In this document: piece by piece, positions 48,901-58,102 of the stretch
Layout: each line of letters starts with the position of its first letter
How positions within the stretch are numbered: position 1 is the stretch's first letter
From: an uncultured Actinomycetota bacterium
GTDB lineage: Bacteria; Actinomycetota; Actinomycetes; JAFAQI01
Reading direction: 5' to 3'
DNA length: 64,000 bases
NCBI GenBank assembly: GCA_963770565.1
Contig: CAVYQE010000001.1
Span: forward strand, 1,056,001 to 1,120,000
Made by a program: the position numbers and the translations under genes
The notes under the pieces: generated by a model
The model's database searches: none
What the model was told of the DNA's origin: nothing
The model's input: only the letters and a program-made list of their open reading frames with translations

Positions 48901-48912
48901 TAGGATCGACCG

Positions 48913-49827
48913 GTGACCGCACCGAGGTTCGATCCGCCGCTGTTCGATCCCGACGCCTGGACCGCCGTACCCGGCTTCGACTTCGCCGACATCACCTACC
49001 ACCGCGCCCGCGAGTCCGGCACGGTCCGGGTCGCCTTCGACCGGCCTGAGGTCCGCAACGCGTTCCGCCCATCGACGGTCGACGAGCTCTACGCCGCGCT
49101 CGACCACGCTCGGCAGTCTTCAGACGTCGGCTGCGTGCTGATCACCGGCAATGGGCCCTCGCCGAAGGACGGCGGCTGGGCGTTCTGCTCGGGCGGTGAC
49201 CAGCGGATCCGCGGTCGCGATGGATACCGGTACGCCGAGGGTGAGACCGCCGAGACGATCGATCCGGCGCGCGCGGGCCGCCTGCACATCCTCGAGGTGC
49301 AGCGGCTGATCCGCTTCATGCCGAAGGTCGTGATCGCGGTCGTGCCGGGCTGGGCGGCCGGCGGCGGGCACAGCCTGCACGTGGTCTGCGACCTCACCCT
49401 GGCCAGCCGGCAGCACGCCCGCTTCAAGCAGACCGATGCCCGGGTGGGGAGCTTCGACGGCGGCTTTGGATCGGCGTACCTGGCTCGTCAGGTCGGCCAG
49501 AAGTTCGCCCGCGAGGTGTTCTTCCTCGGCCAGGAGTACGACGCGCAGGACGCGCACCGGATGGGCATGGTCAACGCGGTCGTCGACCACGCCGACCTCG
49601 AGACCACCGCACTCGAGTGGGCGGCGAAGATCAACGCGATGAGCCCGATGTCGGTGCGGATGTTGAAGTACGCCTTCAACGCGATCGACGACGGGCTGAT
49701 CGGTCAACAGCTGTTCGCGGGCGAGGCCACCCGGCTCGGCTACATGACCGACGAGGCGGTCGAGGGGCGCGACGCCTTCCTCGAGCGGCGCGAGCCCGGC
49801 TGGTCGGACTACCCCTGGTACTTCTAG
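48913..49827 (+). CDS. menB: 1,4-dihydroxy-2-naphthoyl-CoA synthase
   Basis: RPEVRNAFRP, FCSGGDQRIRG, RLHILEVQRLIR, AGGGHSLHVVCD, GSFDGGFGS. Confidence 0.96.
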   Translation: MTAPRFDPPLFDPDAWTAVPGFDFADITYHRARESGTVRVAFDRPEVRNAFRPSTVDELYAALDHARQSSDVGCVLITGNGPSPKDGGWAFCSGGDQRIRGRDGYRYAEGETAETIDPARAGRLHILEVQRLIRFMPKVVIAVVPGWAAGGGHSLHVVCDLTLASRQHARFKQTDARVGSFDGGFGSAYLARQVGQKFAREVFFLGQEYDAQDAHRMGMVNAVVDHADLETTALEWAAKINAMSPMSVRMLKYAFNAIDDGLIGQQLFAGEATRLGYMTDEAVEGRDAFLERREPGWSDYPWYF

Positions 49828-49842
49828 GCCCGGTCGGTCGAT

Positions 49843-50301
49843 CTAGCCCTCGGTGACGAGCGCGTCGAGGCGTTCGAGGGTCTTCGTCATGCCCTCGATG
49901 GTCTTCCCCCGCAGCGGAAGCACCGCCGCCTTGAACTTCTCCTGGGAGATGTCCCACGTCTCGCGCACCAGCGTGCCGCCCTCGACCGGTTCGAGCTCGT
50001 AGCGCCAGATCCGGCCGCCGGCGAGCGCCTTGGCGCGCCCCGGCGCGAAGGTCTGCCAGGCGATCCGGCGGTCCGGCTCGAACTCGATCACCGTGCTCTG
50101 CATCGAGTACGGGAGGCCGACCCGCATCGACATGCCGAAGGTCGAGCCGAGCTTGAGCGTGTCCGGCATCTTCTTCGCGCCGCGGACCGTGCCGCTTCCG
50201 TCGAAGTCCTTGTGCCGGCGCGGGTCGGCGAGCAGCGCGAAGATCGCCGCGGGCGGCGCCGCGATCACGCGCTCGACTGATTCGGTATCGCTGTCGGCCA
50301 T
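49843..50301 (-). CDS. SRPBCC/polyketide cyclase-like protein
   Basis: IAAPP..IF.LLADP.RH..FDGSGTV, EFEPDRRIAW, WRYEL..T.V.ETWD. Confidence 0.85.
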   Translation of the reverse strand: MADSDTESVERVIAAPPAAIFALLADPRRHKDFDGSGTVRGAKKMPDTLKLGSTFGMSMRVGLPYSMQSTVIEFEPDRRIAWQTFAPGRAKALAGGRIWRYELEPVEGGTLVRETWDISQEKFKAAVLPLRGKTIEGMTKTLERLDALVTEG

Positions 50302-50310
50302 GGCTCGACG

Positions 50311-51213
50311 CTACTGCGGGAGCCAGTCCGGGAGCCGATCGAGGCCGGCGTCGCGCAGTTGCAGCCCCAGCAGGTCGTTCCACGGCTGGTAGATCGCGCT
50401 GATCTCCCGCCGCAGCGTCTCCGGCACGACCTCGGGAGTGCTGGCCCGCTGGTTGACCGCTTCGTAGGCCTTCCGCGCGCGGGTGTAGAGCGTGGGGTAG
50501 CGACGGAACAGCGCGCGGGAGTGCTTGGCGGCGCGCGCCGCGACCCGTTGTGCGGAGCGGCTGCGGTAGGCCTCGGAGCTGTTCTCGGGCTCCTCGGTGG
50601 CCCGGGCGCCGTCCGGATCGATGCCCAGCCGGGTGCACTGGTCGGCGATCAGGGCATCGGCGTCGGCCACCAGGTCGTCGAAGAAGAAGACGTCGCACCG
50701 CTCGGGGTACGTCGCCAGCCAGCTCGGCAGGAACCGGGCGTACTGGCCTGTCCACAGCCCGGTGAAGACGTTGTTGGGCCGCCGGTTCATCTCGGCGTCC
50801 GGCAGCGCCTGGCAGCGTTCGACGTAGTGCTCCAGCGTCATGTCCGCGGGGATCTGCAGCCGGCCCTGCATGAAGCGGTAGAACGAAATCAGCCGGCTGA
50901 TCGGCTCCCGCAGGATGATCGTGACCCGCGGATCGCAAGTCTCCTTGATCACCTTGGCAGTAGCCGCGCCGCCGTAGAAGTAGTCCGGGGTGCACTCCAT
51001 CGTGACCGGCTGCCCGTCGAAGCGCCGGAAATAGGCCTGGTAGTCGGTGAGCGGCGCGAGCGGTTCGCCGTACCGCACCGCCTGGAAGTAGCGGGTCTCC
51101 TTGGTCGACGACGCGCAGACCTGCGGGTGCAGCGACATCGCGTTGAACATGCTGGTCGTGCCGGCCCGGCTCACCCCCACGATGACGAAGTTGGGCAGCG
51201 TCCCCCTCGGCAA
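50311..51213 (-). CDS. PAPS-dependent sulfotransferase
   Basis: PNFVIVGVSRAGTTS (5'-PSB loop), KETRYF, ECTPDY, LREPISRLISFY (3'-PB). TTG start after GGAAGG. Confidence 0.88.
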   Translation of the reverse strand: MPRGTLPNFVIVGVSRAGTTSMFNAMSLHPQVCASSTKETRYFQAVRYGEPLAPLTDYQAYFRRFDGQPVTMECTPDYFYGGAATAKVIKETCDPRVTIILREPISRLISFYRFMQGRLQIPADMTLEHYVERCQALPDAEMNRRPNNVFTGLWTGQYARFLPSWLATYPERCDVFFFDDLVADADALIADQCTRLGIDPDGARATEEPENSSEAYRSRSAQRVAARAAKHSRALFRRYPTLYTRARKAYEAVNQRASTPEVVPETLRREISAIYQPWNDLLGLQLRDAGLDRLPDWLPQ

Positions 51214-51267
51214 CCGTCACCTTCCGCGATCAGTCATTGCCACCGCGCGCTGTGGCAGGGTGAATCC

Positions 51268-51981
51268 ATGGCCGGCCCCCCGAACGCTGCGGCGGGCGTG
51301 GTCGTCATCATCCCTGCTTACAACGAGCAACGTCGAATCGGGGCGACGATTGCGGCGGCCCGCGACCTTGCCGCCGTTCGCGCCGTCATCGTCGCGGACG
51401 ACGGATCCCGCGACGCCACCGCGCGATCCGCGGTCGATGCGGGTGCGACCGTGACCCGACACGAGCGCCGGCGCGGCAAGGCCGCTGCCATGATGACCGG
51501 TGCAGCGGCGGCCCGATCGGCCGGCTTCGCGAGCGAGTCGATCCTGTTCCTCGACGCCGATCTCGAGGGTTCGGCCGCGAACGCCGGCCCGTTGGTCGAA
51601 CCGGTCCTGGCCGGTACGGCGGATATGACGATCGCCGTTCTGCCCGCCAGCGGGGCCGGCGGCGGGCACGGCTTCGTCATGCGGCTGGCCAGATCCGGGA
51701 TCAAGCAGGCCACCGGGTGGACGGCGACCGCGCCGTTGTCCGGCCAGCGCTGCATCACCCGCGGGCTCTTCGATGCGGTTCAGCCGCTCGCCCCCGGATT
51801 CGGGGTCGAGACCGGCCTGACCATCGACGCGTTGCGGCGCAACGCCACCGTCGTCGAGTGCCCCGTCGCGCTCGAGCATCGGGTGACGGGAACGAGTTGG
51901 CACGACCGATGGCACCGGGCCAGGCAATATCGCGATGTCTGGCGGGCATTGGCGGCCCGGCGGATCTATCGGGTCAGGTGA
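51268..51981 (+). CDS. Glycosyltransferase family 2
   Basis: IPAYNE, DDGSRD, GKAAA, FLDAD, PLSGQR, GFGVETGLTID. Confidence 0.88.
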   Translation: MAGPPNAAAGVVVIIPAYNEQRRIGATIAAARDLAAVRAVIVADDGSRDATARSAVDAGATVTRHERRRGKAAAMMTGAAAARSAGFASESILFLDADLEGSAANAGPLVEPVLAGTADMTIAVLPASGAGGGHGFVMRLARSGIKQATGWTATAPLSGQRCITRGLFDAVQPLAPGFGVETGLTIDALRRNATVVECPVALEHRVTGTSWHDRWHRARQYRDVWRALAARRIYRVR

Positions 51982-51985
51982 GGTG

Positions 51986-52540
51986 ATGGCGCACGGGTCG
52001 CACGACCGGCAGCACCGTCATGATCACAGCCATGACCCGCTCCAGCCGGCGGCGAGGTTCTGCCCGGCGTGCGGCGCCGGGTTGGCCGAGCCGGCCGTGC
52101 CCGGCGCCGCCCAGCGCTGCGCCGAGTGTGGCCGGACCCATTTCCGCGACCCGAAGGTCGGCGTCGGTGCGGTTGTTCACGATGACCAGGGCCGGCTGCT
52201 CCTCGTCCGCCGAGGGGTCGAGCCGGCGGCCGGCAAGTGGGCGCTGCCGGCCGGATTCCTCGACGCCGACGAGGATCCGCGCGAGGCGGCTCGGCGCGAG
52301 ACGCTCGAGGAGACCGGACTCGACGTGGCGGTGGGCGCGGTCGTCGACGTCTACCCGGGCGAGCCGGGCAGCGGCGTGACCTTCTTCGTCTCGTTCGAGG
52401 CCCGGGTCGTGGCCGGCACTTTGCAGGCCGGTGACGACGTGACCGAGGTGGCGTTCTTCGCCGAAGGCGAGTTCCCCGAGATCGCGTTCGCCAGCACCAC
52501 GGATGCCGTCCGCCGGACGATCGAGCGCCGCCGCCCGTGA
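51986..52540 (+). CDS. NUDIX hydrolase with zinc ribbon and His-rich N-terminus
   Basis: FCPACG...CAECG, Nudix box GFLDADEDPREAARRETLEETGL. Confidence 0.88.
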   Translation: MAHGSHDRQHRHDHSHDPLQPAARFCPACGAGLAEPAVPGAAQRCAECGRTHFRDPKVGVGAVVHDDQGRLLLVRRGVEPAAGKWALPAGFLDADEDPREAARRETLEETGLDVAVGAVVDVYPGEPGSGVTFFVSFEARVVAGTLQAGDDVTEVAFFAEGEFPEIAFASTTDAVRRTIERRRP

Positions 52541-52587
52541 TGCGCCGTACATAGGCATGACGGCGTGCCTACGCATACGCTCAAGGC

Positions 52588-53607
52588 ATGTCGGCACTTG
52601 AGGGCCCGCTCGACCGGCTCGGCCGGCCGGTGCGGGACCTGCGGCTCTCGGTCACCGACCGGTGCAACTTCCGCTGCCCGTACTGCATGCCGCGCGAGGT
52701 GTTCGGCCCCGACCATCCGTTCTCGCCCCGGTCGGAGCTGTTGACCTATGAGGAGCTGACTCGGGTCGTCGCGATCTTCGCCGGGCTCGGGGTGAGCAAG
52801 GTCCGGCTGACCGGTGGCGAGCCGCTGCTGCGCCGCGACCTCGACGCGCTGGTGGCGATGATCGCCGCGACGCCCGGCATCGACGACATCGCGATCACTA
52901 CCAACGGTTCGTTGCTGGCTGCCCGCGCCGAGGCCCTGCGAACCGCCGGCCTGCACCGGGTGACGGTCAGCCTGGACAGTCTCGACCCGGCGGTCTTCGC
53001 GGCGATGGCCGACACTCGGATCTCGCTCGACACCGTGCTGGACGGGATCGCCGTGGCGCGCGACGTCGGACTCTCCCCGATCAAGCTGAACACGGTCGTC
53101 CAGCGTGGCGTCAACGACGACGGGCTGCTCGACCTGGTCGGCTACGCCCGGTCGCACGGCGACGTGCTGCGGTTCATCGAATACATGGACGTCGGTACGT
53201 CGAACGGCTGGGTCCGCGACGAGGTGGTGCCGGCTGCCGAGATCGTCGAGCGGATCAATGCGGTGCACCCGCTCGAGCCGATTCCGGCTTCGACCAAGGG
53301 CGAGGTCGCGCAGCGCTGGCGCTACGTCGACGGCGCCGGCGAACTCGGGGTGATCTCGTCGGTGACCCAGCCGTTCTGCACCGACTGCACCCGGGCTCGG
53401 GTGACCGCGACCGGCGAGCTGTTCACCTGCCTGTTCGCGACCCGCGGCCGTGACCTACGCGCACTATTGCGCGGCGGGGCGAGCGACGCGGAGATCCGCG
53501 ACCAAATCGCCGGCGTGTGGTCGGCCCGCTCCGACCGCTATTCGGAGCTCCGCAGCGCCGCGACGGTCGACGCGCCCAAGGCCGAGATGTCCTACCTCGG
53601 CGGCTGA
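52588..53607 (+). CDS. moaA: GTP 3',8-cyclase (radical SAM)
   Basis: LRLSVTDRCNFRCPYCMP, FCTDCTRAR...C, C-terminal MSYLGG. Confidence 0.96.
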   Translation: MSALEGPLDRLGRPVRDLRLSVTDRCNFRCPYCMPREVFGPDHPFSPRSELLTYEELTRVVAIFAGLGVSKVRLTGGEPLLRRDLDALVAMIAATPGIDDIAITTNGSLLAARAEALRTAGLHRVTVSLDSLDPAVFAAMADTRISLDTVLDGIAVARDVGLSPIKLNTVVQRGVNDDGLLDLVGYARSHGDVLRFIEYMDVGTSNGWVRDEVVPAAEIVERINAVHPLEPIPASTKGEVAQRWRYVDGAGELGVISSVTQPFCTDCTRARVTATGELFTCLFATRGRDLRALLRGGASDAEIRDQIAGVWSARSDRYSELRSAATVDAPKAEMSYLGG

Positions 53608-53623
53608 CCGCTCCCGGCGCCGC

Positions 53624-55993
53624 TCAGGCGGCGACGTCCTCGGCGGTCGCGACCGGCTCGAGCGCCAGCCCGAGCACCTCGCGGACATCGCTGACCGGGT
53701 GGATGGTCAGCGCGGCCCGCACCTCCTCCGGCACGTCGTCGAGGTCCGGCTCGTTGCGAGCCGGGATCAGCACGGTCGTGATCCCGGCGCGATGCGCGGC
53801 CAGCAGCTTCTGCTTGACCCCGCCGATCGGCAGCACCCGCCCGGTGAGAGAGACCTCGCCGGTCATCGCGACGTCGGACCGGACCGGCCGACCGGACAGC
53901 AGCGAGGCCAGCGCGGTCGTCATGGTCACACCGGCGCTCGGGCCGTCCTTCGGTACTGCACCGGCCGGCACGTGCAGGTGGATGCCACGGTCGTTGAGCT
54001 CGCCGACCGGCAACCCCAGCTCCGCGCCATTGGCCCGCAGGAACGCGAGCGCGATCTGGGCGGACTCCTTCATCACCTCGCCGAGCTGACCGGTGATCGT
54101 GACAGCACTCGAGCCGGTGTCGCGATCGGCGAGCGAAGCCTCGACGAACAGGACGTCGCCACCTGCGCCGGTGACTGCAAGCCCGGTCGCCACGCCGGGC
54201 AGCGAGGTGCGTTCGGCCGATTCGGGCAGATGCCGTGGCCTCCCGACGTACCCGGTCAACGCGTCGGCGTCGACGGTGACGGGGCCGCTCGAGTCCTCGA
54301 GCGAAGCGGTCGCCGCGATCTTGCGAAGCACCCGAGCGATTAGTCGCTCGAGCTCGCGGACGCCGGCCTCGCGGCTGTATTCAGCCGCCAACCGCCGGAT
54401 CGCGTCGTCGGTGACCACCACGTCGTCGGGGGTCAGACCGGCCCGTTCGAGCTGGCGGGGCAACAGGTGGTCGCGCCCGATGGTCAGCTTCTCGTCCTCG
54501 GTGTAGCCGTCGAGCCGGATGACCTCCATCCGGTCGAGTAGCGCCGCCGGGATCGCATCGATCACGTTGGCAGTGGCGAGGAACATCACGTCCGACAGGT
54601 CGAGCTCGATCTCCAGGTAGTGATCCCGGAAGGTGTGGTTCTGCGCCGGGTCGAGCACCTCGAGCAGGGCCGCGGTGGGGTCGCCGCGGTAGTCCGCGCC
54701 GACCTTGTCGACCTCGTCGAGCAGCACGACCGGGTTCATTGACCCGGCCTCCTTGATCGCCCGCACGATCCGCCCGGGCATCGCGCCGACGTAGGTCTTG
54801 CGGTGCCCGCGGATCTCGGCCTCGTCGCGGATGCCGCCGAGCGCGACCCGCACGAACCGGCGCCCCATCGCACGCGCGACCGATTCGCCGAGCGAGGTCT
54901 TGCCGACTCCCGGCGGGCCGACCAGTGCGAGTACGGCGCCGCTTCGGCGGCCACCGACCACGCCGAGCCCGCGATCGGCACGCCGGCGGCGGACCGCGAG
55001 ATATTCGATGACGCGGTCTTTCACGTCGGCCATCCCGGCGTGATCGGCGTCGAGCACGGCCCGGGCGTCGGCGACGTCGTAGGAATCTTCGGTGTGTTCA
55101 TTCCACGGCAGCTCGAGGACGGTGTCGAGCCAGGTCCGGATCCAGCCCACCTCCGGCGACTGCTCGGAGGTCCGCTCCAGCTTGTCGACCTCGGCGAGCG
55201 CGGCCTTGCGCGCAGCCTCGGGCAGCTGGGCGGCCTCGACCCGAGCGCGGTAGTCCTGCTCCTCGGTCTCGGGCTGACCGGAGAGCTCGGCCAGCTCCTT
55301 GCGGACCGCGGCCAGTTGCTGGCGTAGCAGGAACTCGCGCTGCTGCTTGTCCATGCCCTCCTGGACGTCCTTGCGAATCGTCTCCGCGACGTCGAGCTCG
55401 GCCAGGTGCTCGCGGCTCCACGTCACCAGCCGCTCGAGCCGGGCCGTGACCTCGACGGTCTCGAGCAGCCACACCTTCTGCGCGTTGGTCAGGTACGGCG
55501 CGTAGCCGGCGAGGTCGGCGAGCGCCGACGGGTCGGTCATCGACTGCACCGAGTCGACGAACTGCCAGCCGCCGCGCTGCTGGAGGATCGCGGTCGCGAG
55601 CGACTTGTACTCCCTGGCCAACTCCGCGGCCCGGGCGTCGGGATCGGGCTCGATCTGGATCTCCGCCTGCACCCACAGGGCCGCACCCGGTCCGGTCGCG
55701 CCGGTGCCGATCCGCACCCGCTCGATCCCGCGAACGACCGCAACGGTGTCGCCGCTCGGGACCTGGCCGATCTGCTCGATCGTGGCCACGGTGCCGACCG
55801 CGGCGTACGTGCCGTCCAGGCGGGGCACCAGCAGCACCTGGCCGCTGGCATCGCTCCCGGGCTCGCGTGCGGCCCGCGCGGCGTCGATCGCGGCGCGGAT
55901 CTCGGGGTCGGCCAGCCGCATCGGCACGACCATCCCCGGCAGCACCACCAGGTCGTCGAGTGGCACCACCGGAAGGGTGACAACGTCTGCCAT
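53624..55993 (-). CDS. lon: ATP-dependent protease La
   Basis: GPPGVGKTS, DEAEIRGHR, LLEVLDPAQN, PKDGPSAG, GGVKQK. Confidence 0.96.
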   Translation of the reverse strand: MADVVTLPVVPLDDLVVLPGMVVPMRLADPEIRAAIDAARAAREPGSDASGQVLLVPRLDGTYAAVGTVATIEQIGQVPSGDTVAVVRGIERVRIGTGATGPGAALWVQAEIQIEPDPDARAAELAREYKSLATAILQQRGGWQFVDSVQSMTDPSALADLAGYAPYLTNAQKVWLLETVEVTARLERLVTWSREHLAELDVAETIRKDVQEGMDKQQREFLLRQQLAAVRKELAELSGQPETEEQDYRARVEAAQLPEAARKAALAEVDKLERTSEQSPEVGWIRTWLDTVLELPWNEHTEDSYDVADARAVLDADHAGMADVKDRVIEYLAVRRRRADRGLGVVGGRRSGAVLALVGPPGVGKTSLGESVARAMGRRFVRVALGGIRDEAEIRGHRKTYVGAMPGRIVRAIKEAGSMNPVVLLDEVDKVGADYRGDPTAALLEVLDPAQNHTFRDHYLEIELDLSDVMFLATANVIDAIPAALLDRMEVIRLDGYTEDEKLTIGRDHLLPRQLERAGLTPDDVVVTDDAIRRLAAEYSREAGVRELERLIARVLRKIAATASLEDSSGPVTVDADALTGYVGRPRHLPESAERTSLPGVATGLAVTGAGGDVLFVEASLADRDTGSSAVTITGQLGEVMKESAQIALAFLRANGAELGLPVGELNDRGIHLHVPAGAVPKDGPSAGVTMTTALASLLSGRPVRSDVAMTGEVSLTGRVLPIGGVKQKLLAAHRAGITTVLIPARNEPDLDDVPEEVRAALTIHPVSDVREVLGLALEPVATAEDVAA

Positions 55994-56013
55994 GTTCCCG
56001 CCTCTGTCCTTAG

Positions 56014-56034
56014 ATTGAGTCTCAAAGGCTCAAC
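56014..56034. promoter_or_regulatory. HAIR operator (HspR site) upstream of lon
   Basis: ATTGAGT-CTCAAAG-GCTCAAC versus consensus CTTGAGT-N7-ACTCAAG, about 20 bp upstream of the lon ATG. Confidence 0.8.
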
Positions 56035-56084
56035 TACGGACCGGCGGGGATTGTTTCCCCGTTCGCTGTCAGGGAACTGTCGGG

Positions 56085-56855
56085 CTACTTCGGAGTCGGC
56101 ACGACCAGGGGACCCTGCGGAGGGTCGAGCTCGCGTCGGACCACCGCGGCGGCGACCTCACTGAGCTTGAGGTTGTGGCTGCGGGCATAGTGCCGCAGCG
56201 CGTCGAACGCGGCGTCGGGCGCGAGCCCGCGGCGTTCGGCGATCATGCCCTTGGCCTGCTCGATGACCACGCGGCTGTTCAGCGCGTGCTGGAGCTGGTC
56301 GGCGAGCACGACGCTTCGTTGGGTGGTCCGTCTTTGCAGGATGCCGATCGCCACGATGTCGGCGAGCGCTTGCGCGAGGTGAATGTTCGATATCGACATC
56401 GGTTCGGTCGTGTCCTGGAAGACCTCGAGGCTGCCGATCACCGAGTCGCGCAACCGAATCGGAAAGGCAGCGCCGGCCCGAAATCCGGCGGCTTGTGCGA
56501 CCTGGCCGAATTCGGGCCAGCCATCGACGCTATCGGCGAAATCGGGGCTCGTGACCTGGGTCCCGAGTCGGATGCATTCCACGGCCGGGCCATGCGACTG
56601 GCGGAGCTCGAGAATCTGCAAGAGCCGGGCCGGCTCACTCGAGGAGGCGACGACCGCCAGGTTTCCCTTCTGGTCGGCGAGCAGTACCGCGGCGCCGGCG
56701 ACGCCGACCAAGTTGACGCAGGCACCGACGAGCACGTCGAGGAGATCGACGACGTCGTAGTCATCGGCGAGGGTGTCTGATAATCGGACGAGGGTGTCGA
56801 TGATGGCGGAATCTCGGCTATCGGCTGCAGGCGTCCTCGTCGTCCTGCTTGCCAT
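56085..56855 (-). CDS. GAF and ANTAR domain protein
   Basis: LADDYDVVDLL, GP..EC...G, LQHALNSRVVIEQAKG, AF..LR.YARSHN.KL..VA. Start approximate. Confidence 0.9.
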   Translation of the reverse strand: MASRTTRTPAADSRDSAIIDTLVRLSDTLADDYDVVDLLDVLVGACVNLVGVAGAAVLLADQKGNLAVVASSSEPARLLQILELRQSHGPAVECIRLGTQVTSPDFADSVDGWPEFGQVAQAAGFRAGAAFPIRLRDSVIGSLEVFQDTTEPMSISNIHLAQALADIVAIGILQRRTTQRSVVLADQLQHALNSRVVIEQAKGMIAERRGLAPDAAFDALRHYARSHNLKLSEVAAAVVRRELDPPQGPLVVPTPK

Positions 56856-57112
56856 CGCAGTCACCCGGGTGGTTCCGCCGCATTGATCATCATGTTGGCC
56901 CCACACCCCACGTTTGCCATTGGTTCATGTACCTACTTTGTCGTCAGTATGCACACGACCTTGACAAAGAAGTCGGGTATTCGCGGTTCGTGGTAGACGA
57001 TTGTTTACTGTCTGATCATGCAGTCACTGGTCGAAACTGCATAATTAGCCCAAACATTGCCGTATTGTCAACAGTTGTCGACATGTTCCGACGCCAAATA
57101 GCACACTGCGAT

Positions 57113-58102
57113 GTGCCCGTACGAACGCCGGCGGCCCGGATCGCGCCGATGCTCGCCGGGCCGGCTGCGCTTCCCGCCGACGACGCCGGCTGGGCATATG
57201 AGTTCAAATGGGACGGCATCCGGGCGATCAGCTACGTCGAGGCCGGCACCGTGCTGGCCAGAAGCCGCGGCGACAAGGACCTGACCGCGGCGTTCCCCGA
57301 GCTAACGGATGTGGCCCGTGCCCTCGGTCGCCGCTCGGCGATCCTCGACGGCGAGCTGGTCGCCTTCGACGACGCCGGGCGGCCGAGCTTCGGTCGGCTC
57401 CAACGGCGGCTGAACCTGACCTCCGATCGGGAGATCGCGAGCCGGGCCGGCCAGGTACCGGCGACGTACCTGATCTTCGACCTGCTCGCGCTCGACGGGG
57501 AGCTGTTGCTCGACCTCGGGTACGACGATCGTCGCGCCCGGCTGGAGGAGCTGGCGCTGTCCGGCGACACCTTCTCCACCCCTCCGGTGTTCCGCGACGT
57601 GCGCGGTAAGGACGTCCTGGCGGCGGCTGCCGCGGCCGGGCTCGAGGGGGTGCTGGCCAAACGCCGGGACAGCCGCTACCTCCCGGGTGAGCGGTCGACC
57701 GCGTGGCGCAAGATCAAGATTGTGCGGACCCAGGACGTCGTGATCGGCGGCTGGACCGACGGCGAGGGCGAGCGGGCCGGCAGCCTCGGCGCGCTGTTGC
57801 TCGGCGTCTACGCCGAGCCCGGCGGTCATGGCGGGTTGCACTACGTCGGCAAGGTCGGCACCGGCTTCGACACGGCGGCTCGCCGCGGCCTGCTGACAGA
57901 ACTGGCGGCGCTGTCCAGCGGTGCCAGCCCGTTCGAGCCGTCGGGCGACATCCCGGCCGGTGCCAACGTGCACTTCGTCTCGCCAGCCCTGGTCGGCGAG
58001 GTGAGCTACGGCGAGTGGACGCCTGGTGGGCACCTGCGTCACCCTTCGTGGCGAGGGCTGCGCCCTGAGATTGCAGTCGGGAGCGTCGTTCGTGAGCCCT
58101 GA
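57113..58102 (+). CDS. ligD: ATP-dependent DNA ligase, LigD ligase module (stand-alone)
   Basis: PMLA, EFKWDG (motif I), LDGEL, FDLL, EGVLAK, WRKIK, YVGKVGTGF, LRHP. Start approximate. Confidence 0.9.
   Translation: MPVRTPAARIAPMLAGPAALPADDAGWAYEFKWDGIRAISYVEAGTVLARSRGDKDLTAAFPELTDVARALGRRSAILDGELVAFDDAGRPSFGRLQRRLNLTSDREIASRAGQVPATYLIFDLLALDGELLLDLGYDDRRARLEELALSGDTFSTPPVFRDVRGKDVLAAAAAAGLEGVLAKRRDSRYLPGERSTAWRKIKIVRTQDVVIGGWTDGEGERAGSLGALLLGVYAEPGGHGGLHYVGKVGTGFDTAARRGLLTELAALSSGASPFEPSGDIPAGANVHFVSPALVGEVSYGEWTPGGHLRHPSWRGLRPEIAVGSVVREP

Noticed and set aside
56961-56998. Sigma-70 promoter from TTGACA at 56961
   Set aside because: No -10 hexamer at 16-19 bp spacing.
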